A program made the translations under genes and the position numbers. Below the pieces are notes generated by a model. The model had not been told where the DNA came from. It worked only from the letters and a program-made list of their open reading frames with translations, and did no database searches. From a virus, in the IMG/VR virus record IMGVR_UViG_3300021961_000023: 64,000 bases of DNA; one strand, 5' to 3'. Position 1 is the first letter of the stretch; each line of letters begins with the position of its first letter. This document shows positions 45,378-54,677 of this stretch, in pieces.

Positions 45378-47837
45378 ATGAAACTAATAGACCCATTAGC
45401 ACAATCATTTTACGTTGAATCCGAAAGTGGTATTTTTGTAACTTCGATTGATTTATATTTTTCAGCAAAGGACAATAACCTACCAGTTACTGTTCAACTT
45501 AGACCCATGAAACTGAATGTACCTTCATCTGAAGTGTATCCATTCAGTGAAGTTGTATTGGAGCCTGGACAAATTAATACTTCTGATGATGCTTCTGTTG
45601 CAACAAGAGTTACTTTTAGCTCCCCAGTGTATCTAACTGGTGGAACTTATCACTCGATTTGTATTTTATCAAACTCTAACAACCATAGTGTTTGGGTTTC
45701 TAGACTTGGAGAAGTAGATAAATCATTGAGTTCTGGTGATGAAGCAAGAAACGTATTTGTAACTCAAAATCCTCTTGCAGGAAACTTATTTAAATCTCAA
45801 AATGGATCTTCATGGTATCCAAGCACATATGAAGACTTAAAGTTTATTCTCTATAGAGCAAACTTTGAAAATAACGGAAATATTAACTTCTATAATCCTG
45901 AGTTAACGAGTGGCAATGAAGGAGTAGCAACTTTAATCAAAGATCCACTTATCACTAACTCTAGAAAAGCAAGAGTTGGATTAGGTACTACAGTTAGTGG
46001 AAGTTATGTAACTAGTTTAGTAGTTGGATCAACTATTACACAAAATAATACGAATGCATCTGCAAATCTTGTTGGTTTTGCAGGATCTGCTACTGGCACG
46101 TTAGGTCTAACAAATCCTGGTATTGGTTATTCACCAATATCTGGACAAACTACACACGCTGGTGTACCACTTGTGTCACTGACAGGTAGTGGAATAAATG
46201 CAACCGCAAATATTACAATCAACAATGGTGTTGCTGTAGCAGCAACTATCAATAATGGTGGTTCTGGATATACTCTTGGTGACGTTTTAACTATTAATCA
46301 GATAGGAAACTCAACAATCGGTAGAAATCTAAAACTAACAGTAAGCAATATCTTTGGGCAAAATACTCTGATTCTTGATAATATCCAAGGTGATTTTTCA
46401 GTTGGAGCAGGTAATAGTGTCATCTACACAACTACAACTGGCATAAGTACTATTTTAGTTGGAGCAGCAGTAAGCACAGTTGACTTAGTATCTGATGGTC
46501 TTCATATTAAAGTGAATCACAAGAATCATGGAATGTGTACTTCACATAGTTCTGTTCTTTTATCAAATATTCAACCAGATATTCCCGCAACAAGACTTTT
46601 AGATTCTTATCCAAAAACGAGTACGTCTTCCATTACTATTAGCGACAGTACTAATTTTGGCACATTTGAAAATGTTGGAGTTGGATCAACAAATCCAGGA
46701 TATGCATTGATTGGTGAAGAAATCATTCAATATACTGGAGTTTCAACTAGTTTACTAACTGGAATCACTAGAAATATTGATGATACAGTTTCATACACGT
46801 ACTCCTCAGGAACTGAAATCCGAAAATATGAGTTAGCAGGTGTTTCTTTAAGAAGAATCAATAAAGAACATGATCTAACTGCAGTAACAGTTTCAAATCC
46901 GCTTGATTTAGATTATTATAATATCAAACTTGATATGTCAACTAGTGGAACTGATAGAAGTGTAGGGATAAGTTTTCCAAAGTTATATCTGAATCAAACA
47001 AAGTCAACTGGTGGAAGTAAAGTTACTGCCACACAAAATATTGTATATGAGATCGTAAAACCAATAGTTCAAACATTAAATCTTAGAGGTACTAATATCA
47101 GTGCTTCGATTAGAACTGTTACAGCACATACAGTTGCTGGTGGTGAAACTCCTAATATTGATAGAGGATTTGAAAACATTAGTCTTCAGAAGACTAACTA
47201 CTTAAATTCTCCCAGAATGATTGCATCAAGAGTAAATGAAACTAATGATCTTACTACTCTCCCAGGTAGCAAGTCATTTACTATGAATATGAACTTATCT
47301 ACATCAGATCCTAGGGTATCTCCTGTTATTGATCTTGATAGAGTCAGTGTTGTTTTAAGTTCTAATAGAGTAAATCATCCAATTACCGATTACGCTACAG
47401 ATAAAAGAACTGCTACATTAAGAGAAGATCCGTCTGCATTTGTTTACGCTACAAAACCCATTGCTTTAGAAGTTCCCGCAAACGCTATTAAAGTTTTATT
47501 CTCAGGATACTTAAATCAGTATAGTGACATTCGTGTATTCTATGCGATTCAAGAAGATCCATCGATTGAACCAGTGTATTACCCATTCCCAGGATATCCA
47601 AATATTTCTAGTGATGGAACTGTTAATATTGCAAACAGTAATGGACTTCCTGATGTTAATGTACCAAAAACTGATAAAGTTGGTTTTGAAAGTGAAGAAC
47701 TCATATTCCGTGATTATGAGTTTAGTGCAGATGAGTTACCATCTTTTAGATACTTTAGTATCAAAATCATTGGAACCTCAACTAATGAAGTGTATCCACC
47801 AAGATTAAGAGACCTTAGAATCATTGCTCTTGTTTAA
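45378..47837 (+). CDS. VrlC-like structural protein, C-terminal part
   Basis: DPLAQSF...GIFVTSIDLYF; LFKSQN.S.W....EDLKF; terminal PRLRDLRIIAL. Confidence 0.75.
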   Translation: MKLIDPLAQSFYVESESGIFVTSIDLYFSAKDNNLPVTVQLRPMKLNVPSSEVYPFSEVVLEPGQINTSDDASVATRVTFSSPVYLTGGTYHSICILSNSNNHSVWVSRLGEVDKSLSSGDEARNVFVTQNPLAGNLFKSQNGSSWYPSTYEDLKFILYRANFENNGNINFYNPELTSGNEGVATLIKDPLITNSRKARVGLGTTVSGSYVTSLVVGSTITQNNTNASANLVGFAGSATGTLGLTNPGIGYSPISGQTTHAGVPLVSLTGSGINATANITINNGVAVAATINNGGSGYTLGDVLTINQIGNSTIGRNLKLTVSNIFGQNTLILDNIQGDFSVGAGNSVIYTTTTGISTILVGAAVSTVDLVSDGLHIKVNHKNHGMCTSHSSVLLSNIQPDIPATRLLDSYPKTSTSSITISDSTNFGTFENVGVGSTNPGYALIGEEIIQYTGVSTSLLTGITRNIDDTVSYTYSSGTEIRKYELAGVSLRRINKEHDLTAVTVSNPLDLDYYNIKLDMSTSGTDRSVGISFPKLYLNQTKSTGGSKVTATQNIVYEIVKPIVQTLNLRGTNISASIRTVTAHTVAGGETPNIDRGFENISLQKTNYLNSPRMIASRVNETNDLTTLPGSKSFTMNMNLSTSDPRVSPVIDLDRVSVVLSSNRVNHPITDYATDKRTATLREDPSAFVYATKPIALEVPANAIKVLFSGYLNQYSDIRVFYAIQEDPSIEPVYYPFPGYPNISSDGTVNIANSNGLPDVNVPKTDKVGFESEELIFRDYEFSADELPSFRYFSIKIIGTSTNEVYPPRLRDLRIIALV

Positions 47838-47839
47838 TC

Positions 47840-48064
47840 ATGCAATATACAAAAGTTGAAGGCCATATGAACTTAGTTCGAGATGAAGAAACTAAGGCGG
47901 TGATTAATGTTAGTATAAATGATTATAAAAAATACATTGATCAAAAAGCAGCTAAAGAAAAAGAGATTGAAAAAATTGTATCATTAGAATCTGAAGTTGC
48001 TGATATAAAATCTGATATTGATGAAATAAAAAGTCTTTTACATCAGATTATAACCAGATTATAA
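47840..48064 (+). CDS. Conserved small coiled-coil protein
   Basis: KVEGH.NLVRD..T.A.IN; position before gp13. Confidence 0.75.
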   Translation: MQYTKVEGHMNLVRDEETKAVINVSINDYKKYIDQKAAKEKEIEKIVSLESEVADIKSDIDEIKSLLHQIITRL

Positions 48065-48096
48065 AGGATTATAGATAATATAGGGGGACTCCAAAT

Positions 48097-48936
48097 ATGG
48101 CACAACCATCTACAAGACAAGGATTAATCGATTACTGCAAAAGGCAACTGGGATATCCAGTGCTGGAGATCAACGTTGCTGATGAACAGATTGACGATCT
48201 TGTAGATGATGCGATTCAATATTTTCAAGAAAGACATTTTGATGGGGTTTATCCAACGTTTTTAAAATATCAAATCACTCAAGATGATATTAATAGAGGA
48301 AGAGCACCAAATACTAGTGAATCTGGACTCGTAGGTTTAACAACAAATCATACTGTTGGAGTTACAACTCAGTTTGCTTGGAGAGAAAACTCAAACTATT
48401 TGTACGTACCAGAGTCTGTTATTGGAGTGAATCGAGTTTTTAAATATGATGGTAGTAATAGTATCACTAACAACATGTTTAGTGTTCGCTATCAACTTTT
48501 CCTTAATGATATTTACTATTGGGGATCCACTGAACTTTTGACTTATGCAATGACAAAAACTTATCTTGAGGATTTGGACTTTTTAATCTCTACACAAAAA
48601 CAGTTTAGATTTAATAAAAGACAAGATAAGTTATTTGTTGATGTTGATTGGGGTGCGTTAAATGTTGGTGATTATTTGGTCATTGATTGTTACAGAATCT
48701 TGGACCCAGCGAGCAATACACAAGTTTACAATGATTCATTTTTAAAAAAATATTTAACCTCACTGATTAAAAAACAGTGGGGTCAAAACATGATGAAGTT
48801 CCAAGGAGTAAAGTTACCTGGTGGTGTAGAACTCAATGGTAGACAAATGTATGATGATGCAATAAAAGAGTTGGATGATATTAAAGAAATGATGTCTAGT
48901 ACATATGAACTTCCCCCATTAGACATGATCGGTTGA
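48097..48936 (+). CDS. gp13: Neck protein gp13
   Basis: L.DYC.R.LG.PVLEINV...Q; KKQWGQN..KF.GV.LPGG. Confidence 0.95.
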   Translation: MAQPSTRQGLIDYCKRQLGYPVLEINVADEQIDDLVDDAIQYFQERHFDGVYPTFLKYQITQDDINRGRAPNTSESGLVGLTTNHTVGVTTQFAWRENSNYLYVPESVIGVNRVFKYDGSNSITNNMFSVRYQLFLNDIYYWGSTELLTYAMTKTYLEDLDFLISTQKQFRFNKRQDKLFVDVDWGALNVGDYLVIDCYRILDPASNTQVYNDSFLKKYLTSLIKKQWGQNMMKFQGVKLPGGVELNGRQMYDDAIKELDDIKEMMSSTYELPPLDMIG

Positions 48937-48940
48937 TATT

Positions 48941-50308
48941 ATGGCACTTAATCCATTTTTTCTCCAGGGATCACCAACTGAACAAGGTCTTGTACAAGAC
49001 TTGATCAATGAACAACTTCGTATGTATGGAGTTGAATGTCATTATCTTCCTAGATCGTATGTGAATCAAAAAACGATAATGGAAGAAGTGACTACATCTA
49101 AGTTCACAAATGCGATCCCTATTGAGGCATACGTAGACACATATGATGGGTATCAAGGTCAAGGTGAACTTTTAACTAAGTTTGGTATTCAACCAATGGA
49201 TGATCTTACCTTGATCATCTCTAAAGAAAGATTTGAACAAAAAGTTCAACCAGTTATTAAAAATGACCCAAGTGGTATTATTTCAACACGTCCTAAAGAA
49301 GGAGATTTAATCCACTTTCCTCTAGGCGATAGACTTTTTGAAATTAAGTTTGTAGAACATGAGCAACCGTTTTATCAACTTCAAAAAACATATACTTATC
49401 AGTTAAAATGTGAGTTATTTCGTTACGAGGATGAAGTTATTGATACTGGAATTGATGAGATTGATGATAATGTAGAAGAAGAAGGTTATATTCAAGAACT
49501 ATATCTCGTTGGAGTTGGTACAACTGCAACTGCTATTACTACTCTCGTTAGCGGTGCAGTTCAGCAGGTATTCATTAACAACGATGGTAATGGATATACA
49601 CTACCACCTCGTGTTGTTTTAGGAAATCCTGTATCTGGTGGTACAACTGCATCTGCAATCGCTATCGCCGCTACTTCTGGTGGAGTTGATCAAGTCCAGT
49701 TTATTAATCCTGGTGCTGGATATACCACTGCTCCTGTTATATTATTCTTCCCAACTTCTGCTGGTGGTGGTGCAGGAGCTGCTGCAACTTGTGGAATTAC
49801 CACTAGTGGAGTTGGTGTGGTAACAGTAACTAATCCTGGAGCTTACTACACGACTACACCAACGATTACTTTTAGCAATCCATCTCCAGGTGCTGGTCAT
49901 ACAAGAGCAACTGCTGTTCCAGTGATGGCAAATGGACAGATTCAAAGTATTCGTTTAACTAATGCTGGTTATGGATATACTCAACCTCCAACTATTACTA
50001 TTTCTGCTCCCAGCACTGCAGGTCTAGGTACTTATATCTTTAATGAAGAGTTAATGGGAATAGCATCTAGTACTCGTGCTCGTGTAAAATCTTGGGATGC
50101 TACAACTGGAATAGTTAAAGTTGGTATTGTAACAGGCAACTTCTCTATAGGAGAAACTATCAGAGGATTGGAATCTGGAGCTGAATATGTCATAAAACTT
50201 CAAGAAAAAGATAATTTAGTAGATCAATATAATCAAAATAAAATCTTAGAATTTGAAGCAGATTCTATTCTTGATTTTACTGAGAGAAATCCATTTGGTG
50301 AAGTTTAA
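48941..50308 (+). CDS. gp14: Neck protein gp14 with inserted beta-repeat domain
   Basis: EQ.LVQDLINEQ; RPKEGDLI.FP; terminal FTE.NPFG. Confidence 0.93.
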   Translation: MALNPFFLQGSPTEQGLVQDLINEQLRMYGVECHYLPRSYVNQKTIMEEVTTSKFTNAIPIEAYVDTYDGYQGQGELLTKFGIQPMDDLTLIISKERFEQKVQPVIKNDPSGIISTRPKEGDLIHFPLGDRLFEIKFVEHEQPFYQLQKTYTYQLKCELFRYEDEVIDTGIDEIDDNVEEEGYIQELYLVGVGTTATAITTLVSGAVQQVFINNDGNGYTLPPRVVLGNPVSGGTTASAIAIAATSGGVDQVQFINPGAGYTTAPVILFFPTSAGGGAGAAATCGITTSGVGVVTVTNPGAYYTTTPTITFSNPSPGAGHTRATAVPVMANGQIQSIRLTNAGYGYTQPPTITISAPSTAGLGTYIFNEELMGIASSTRARVKSWDATTGIVKVGIVTGNFSIGETIRGLESGAEYVIKLQEKDNLVDQYNQNKILEFEADSILDFTERNPFGEV

Positions 50309-50343
50309 ATTTGTTAAATAGTTAGTAATAAACATATTGCATC

Positions 50344-51393
50344 ATGTTTGAATATTTTTATCACCAGATCCTTAGAAAGACTGTTATTTCTTTTGGAACT
50401 CTTTTCAACAACATTTATATTCGTCACACTAATGGTGCGGGACAAGAAGTTAGTGTGATGAAAGTTCCCTTGGCATATGGACCAACCCAAAAGTTTTTAG
50501 CAAGAGTCCAACAATCAGAAAATCTGAATAAACCAGTTCAGTTATCTCTACCAAGGATGTCATTTGAGTTTACAAGTTTAACTTATGATCCAAGTAGAAA
50601 AGTTACTACAACTCAAACATTTCAATCGGTTAAAAGTCTAGGAGATAAGACTGCGGTTAAAAAGGTTTATATGCCAGTTCCATATAATATGGAGTTTGAG
50701 TTGTCAATTATGGCAAAGCAGAATGATGATTGCCTTCAAATCATTGAGCAGATTCTGCCATATTTTCAACCTGCATATACTATGTCAGTAAATCTCATCA
50801 GTGATATTGGTGAAAAAAGAGATATTCCAGTGATTCTTGATAGGATCACTATGAGAGACGACTACGAAGGAGATTTTTCTACGAGAAGAGTTCTCTATTA
50901 TACTTTAACATTTACTGCTAAAACATATCTGTTTGGTCCTGTCAATACCGCGACTGGCATTATTAAAACAGCAACTATTGATTATATGTCAGGAGTTGAT
51001 CCTACACAAGCAAGAAGAGAACAGCGTTATAGTGTTGCTCCTCGGGCCGTTCGTGATTACAATGTTGATCAAACAACCACAGTTGTTGAAGATGTAAATA
51101 AAGTTTCAACTATTATTAGTGTAAGTAGTGTTGCTGGTTTAAGTGAAAGGTCATATATCAATATCAATGGTGAACAAATGAGGATTAATAAAATTGATGG
51201 AACAAATATAGTTGTAGAAAGGGCAAAAGATGGCACAGAAGCTATTGAACATCCCATTGGTTCATACATTAATGTAGTTAATGCTGCAGATACAGAACTC
51301 ATTGAGGTTGGAGATGATTTTGGATTTAATGAAACACTATCATTCTTCCAAGACTTTAAAGAGTACAGTCCTTCTCGTGGTGAGGATATTTAA
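50344..51393 (+). CDS. gp15: Tail sheath stabiliser/terminator gp15
   Basis: YFYH...RKT...FGTLFN; VPLAYGP..KFLAR; LPRMSFE; EQILPYFQP; late promoter TTAAATA at 50314. Confidence 0.95.
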   Translation: MFEYFYHQILRKTVISFGTLFNNIYIRHTNGAGQEVSVMKVPLAYGPTQKFLARVQQSENLNKPVQLSLPRMSFEFTSLTYDPSRKVTTTQTFQSVKSLGDKTAVKKVYMPVPYNMEFELSIMAKQNDDCLQIIEQILPYFQPAYTMSVNLISDIGEKRDIPVILDRITMRDDYEGDFSTRRVLYYTLTFTAKTYLFGPVNTATGIIKTATIDYMSGVDPTQARREQRYSVAPRAVRDYNVDQTTTVVEDVNKVSTIISVSSVAGLSERSYININGEQMRINKIDGTNIVVERAKDGTEAIEHPIGSYINVVNAADTELIEVGDDFGFNETLSFFQDFKEYSPSRGEDI

Positions 51394-51824
51394 TGAAAAC
51401 CGATACTTTTGATGATCTAAATGAAACTTTTAATGTTTCTGCTGAGATTGTACCAAAAGAAATACAATCTGAGATCTCAAATATTATTTCAGAAAAAGAT
51501 TCTAAAAAAACTGATATTCAAAGAGACTATGAATATAGCAGAGGAAATCTATATTCATTGATTGAAAAAGGTCAAGAAGCAATTAATGGCATTCTTGAAC
51601 TTGCTCAAGAAAGTGAAATGCCAAGAGCATATGAAGTCGCTGGACAACTGATTAAAAATGTTTCTGAAGCAACTGAGAAACTAATGGATCTTCAAAAGAA
51701 ACTAAAAGATATTGAAGAGGAAACGGTTCAAAAAGGACCAACAACTGTTAATAATGCCCTTTTTATAGGGTCAACAGCTGATTTACAAAAGTTATTAAAA
51801 TCTAAAGACATAAATAATCAATAA
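51393..51824 (+). CDS. gp16: Terminase small subunit gp16
   Basis: DYEYSR.NLY.LIEKG; PRAYEVAGQL; NNALF.GST.DLQK. Confidence 0.92.
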   Translation: MKTDTFDDLNETFNVSAEIVPKEIQSEISNIISEKDSKKTDIQRDYEYSRGNLYSLIEKGQEAINGILELAQESEMPRAYEVAGQLIKNVSEATEKLMDLQKKLKDIEEETVQKGPTTVNNALFIGSTADLQKLLKSKDINNQ

Positions 51825-51835
51825 AACCTTGAGTT

Positions 51836-52171
51836 ATGACAGCCAGATCTGTTAATCTGACAGTAGAACAGGGAACCAATTTCACAACTACGTTTACTGT
51901 TAAAAACCCAGATGGAACTGTGCTTCCACTAACAGGATATACTGCCACTGCAAAGATGGCAAAACACCCATCTGCTACGGTCGGTATTACTACTTTTACT
52001 ACTAATCTCACAACTGCTTCTGGTAAAGTTACTCTTACTTTACCTAGTGCTACTACATCAAATCTGGCACCTGGTCGATATTATTATGACTGTATTATTG
52101 AATCTAGTGGTGGAACCATTACTAGAATCATTGAGGGTATGATTTTAGTCACTGCAGGATTAGCGTCCTAA
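51836..52171 (+). CDS. Small beta-sandwich virion protein (BppU-like adaptor)
   Basis: NL.VEQG..F; L.GYTA.A.M.K; GRYYYD; late promoter at 51810. Confidence 0.65.
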   Translation: MTARSVNLTVEQGTNFTTTFTVKNPDGTVLPLTGYTATAKMAKHPSATVGITTFTTNLTTASGKVTLTLPSATTSNLAPGRYYYDCIIESSGGTITRIIEGMILVTAGLAS

Positions 52172-52180
52172 TAGTCAACT

Positions 52181-52543
52181 ATGGATATCGAAATCACTCT
52201 TGATACCAGTTCACTAGACGTTACTCTTGACAGAGATAGTTCTCTTATTCAAGGTGGCAATCAGTTTGATGCAGTTCTTTCGGAGACAGAAGTGGCAAAC
52301 AGATTTGTAGACTTATCAGATGTTAGTATTAATGAAAATACTTTGAATTCTACAAAAACAAACTACGTGGTTGTCTATAATCATGCGATTGGTCAGTTTG
52401 AACTTGTGGATCCTGATCAAGTTTTAGTTGCAGCAGCATCATCTGTTGGCAACGTTGGATATGTTGGATTGCCAACATCCTTTGTTGACTCTCTTGATCT
52501 TGACCTTGACCAGAAAATCGATTTGGATGCTGGAACTTTTTGA
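52181..52543 (+). CDS. Hypothetical virion-associated protein
   Basis: DLSDV motif; terminal DLDAGTF. Confidence 0.6.
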   Translation: MDIEITLDTSSLDVTLDRDSSLIQGGNQFDAVLSETEVANRFVDLSDVSINENTLNSTKTNYVVVYNHAIGQFELVDPDQVLVAAASSVGNVGYVGLPTSFVDSLDLDLDQKIDLDAGTF

Positions 52544-52606
52544 AACTGTATTTATAGTATGCCTACATAATAAAAAGATAAATACTATAAAAGGACACGA
52601 ATAGAA

Positions 52607-54268
52607 ATGGCGGCACCAGTTCTACAGTTTAGAAGAGGTCTTCTCGCAAACCTACCAGCTTTGAGAGCAGGTGAGCCTGGTTTTGCGACTGATAGTTACG
52701 ATATCTTTGTCGGACTAACCTCTCAATCTGGAAATAATAAGTTTTTTGGTTCTGCTCGTTACTGGAACAAAGAAACCTCAACTGTTGGAAGTTCAGTTAG
52801 AGTTGTTGAGGGAACCAATAACGGTGCAAACTATATTGCACTTAAATCACCAGATTCCCTCGCAGGAGATGTAACTTACACTCTACCTGGAACCATTACT
52901 GCAGGAAACTACTTGACAGTAGATGGTACTGGTCAGCTAAGTTGGGTTAACCTGACTGCTGCTGGCGCTGCTTTTACAGGCGCAACTCTTGACAATACTT
53001 TAATCACTGGCGTAACCACTATAAGTGGAAGTATAAACAGCAGTGCAAACTCCACATTTTCTGGTATAACGACGTTTACAAATACAACAGATAATACCTT
53101 AGGAGACGAAAATACTGGAGCTGTTCAACTTGATGGCGGTATGGGTATCGCCAAGAACCTCACAGTTAAACAGAATCTTCATGTTGGTGGATATTCTGAG
53201 TTTGTTGGTGTTGTAACGTTTAAAGGTGGAACAATCAATCTTGGTGATGCAAATACAGACGACATTAATGTTGCGGGTGAGTTTATCTCAAGTTTGAATC
53301 CAAATGCTGATGCTACCTATGACATTGGTGATGGAGCAAACACTAAGAGATGGAGACATGCAAGTTTTTCTGGAGTAGGAACTTTTGCAACTGGTGCTGT
53401 CGTAGATGCTATTCAGATTGGTATTACTGCAGCATCAGAGATTGATACTTCAAGTGGGGATCTTACATTAGATTCTGCTACTGGAACTACAAACATCGAT
53501 GATAACTTAGTTGTAACTGGTGATGTTAGAATCAATGGTAACGACATCCAAGCAAGTGACGGAAATACAAATATAACTCTTACATCTAATACATTAACAA
53601 CTTTTGCTGGTGATATTAGAGTTAACGGCAATGACATTCAGGCATCTGATGGTAACACCAACATCACGATGACCTCCAATACCTTAACTTCTGTTGCAGG
53701 TGATCTTAAGGTTGGTGGTAATGATATTCAAGCATCGGATGGTAATACCAACATCACGATGACTTCAAACACTTTGACAACCCTTGCAGGTGATTTAAAG
53801 ATTAATGGTAATGATATTCAATCAAGTGCTGGTAATACAGTTATTACACTTGCAAACGATGATGCCACTTTTGCAAGTGATGTAACAGTTGGTGGAAACC
53901 TTTATGTTAATGGATCAACAACTCAAGTTAATACAACTTCATTAACTGTTGAAGATAGTTTGATTGAACTTGGATTTGTTGATGGTGTTGCACCTACCTC
54001 AGATCTAAACAAAGATCTTGGACTATTATTTAACTATTATACTACATCAGCTAAAAAGGCGGCAGTATATTGGGATGATTCAACACTAAGAATAGTTGTT
54101 GCTTCTGAAGTTTCTGAATCTACTGGCGTTTTGACTCCTACAACTTATGCAGATTTTGAGATTGGTTCACTTTATGTAAACGATTGTGCAGGAAGTAGTA
54201 AAGTTATTACTTGTACTGGAAGCGAAAGACTATTAGAAAACATCACAATCGACGGTGGTGCATTCTGA
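52607..54268 (+). CDS. Tail-fibre-like protein with Mtd-type N-terminus and four 30-aa repeats
   Basis: LQFRRG....LP.L..GEPGFATD; GA.QL.GG.GI.K.L.V; late promoter at 52578. Confidence 0.7.
   Translation: MAAPVLQFRRGLLANLPALRAGEPGFATDSYDIFVGLTSQSGNNKFFGSARYWNKETSTVGSSVRVVEGTNNGANYIALKSPDSLAGDVTYTLPGTITAGNYLTVDGTGQLSWVNLTAAGAAFTGATLDNTLITGVTTISGSINSSANSTFSGITTFTNTTDNTLGDENTGAVQLDGGMGIAKNLTVKQNLHVGGYSEFVGVVTFKGGTINLGDANTDDINVAGEFISSLNPNADATYDIGDGANTKRWRHASFSGVGTFATGAVVDAIQIGITAASEIDTSSGDLTLDSATGTTNIDDNLVVTGDVRINGNDIQASDGNTNITLTSNTLTTFAGDIRVNGNDIQASDGNTNITMTSNTLTSVAGDLKVGGNDIQASDGNTNITMTSNTLTTLAGDLKINGNDIQSSAGNTVITLANDDATFASDVTVGGNLYVNGSTTQVNTTSLTVEDSLIELGFVDGVAPTSDLNKDLGLLFNYYTTSAKKAAVYWDDSTLRIVVASEVSESTGVLTPTTYADFEIGSLYVNDCAGSSKVITCTGSERLLENITIDGGAF
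53519..53878 (+). repeat. Four tandem 90-bp coding repeats
   Basis: Units at 53519, 53609, 53699 and 53789 encoding GD.R/K.NGNDIQASDGNTNIT.TSNTLT..A; the fourth is divergent. Confidence 0.9.
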
Positions 54269-54290
54269 TTAAAATAAAAAATCTAAATAA

Positions 54291-54314
54291 GAGGGTGGGT
54301 AACCACCCCTTTTT
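54291..54314 (+). terminator. Intrinsic terminator-like hairpin
   Basis: GGGTGG-GTAA-CCACCC followed by a T run. Confidence 0.65.
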
Positions 54315-54328
54315 AGTAGGTAAGTGAA

Positions 54329-54535
54329 ATGACTGAACAAGATCTTCAATATTTACTTAAAGTATATCAAGATAAATCCTTTGATCTTTTTTCTCAAACT
54401 ATTGCATTGCAAGCAAAAGTTAATAAGATTTTGGAAGTGAATGCAGAACTTGGAAAAAGAGTTCAAGAACAACAAGAAGAAATTCAGAAACTAGAGTCTA
54501 GATTATCTCGGAAGAAACCAAATGAAAACGTTTAG
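54329..54535 (+). CDS. Small coiled-coil protein
   Basis: Heptad pattern; late promoter at 54283. Confidence 0.65.
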   Translation: MTEQDLQYLLKVYQDKSFDLFSQTIALQAKVNKILEVNAELGKRVQEQQEEIQKLESRLSRKKPNENV

Positions 54536-54677
54536 ACAGTTTCAAGAGGAGTGGTCAAATAAATATAAAAAGAGTATTGATTGCTCTAATCCAAAAGGAT
54601 TTTCTCAACGTGCTCATTGTGCAGCGAGAACAAAGAGAGCATCAGGACAACAAACCAAATCAAAACCAGTGGAATGA
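54522..54677 (+). CDS. Small basic protein with capsid-targeting-like N-terminus (51 aa)
   Basis: MKTFRQFQEEWSNKYKKSIDCSNPKGFSQRAHC; read manually. Confidence 0.7.
   Translation: MKTFRQFQEEWSNKYKKSIDCSNPKGFSQRAHCAARTKRASGQQTKSKPVE

Noticed and set aside
52607-54268. Diversity-generating retroelement target (Mtd-like N-terminus)
   Set aside because: No reverse transcriptase and no template/variable repeat pair differing at adenines; the internal repeats differ mostly at synonymous sites
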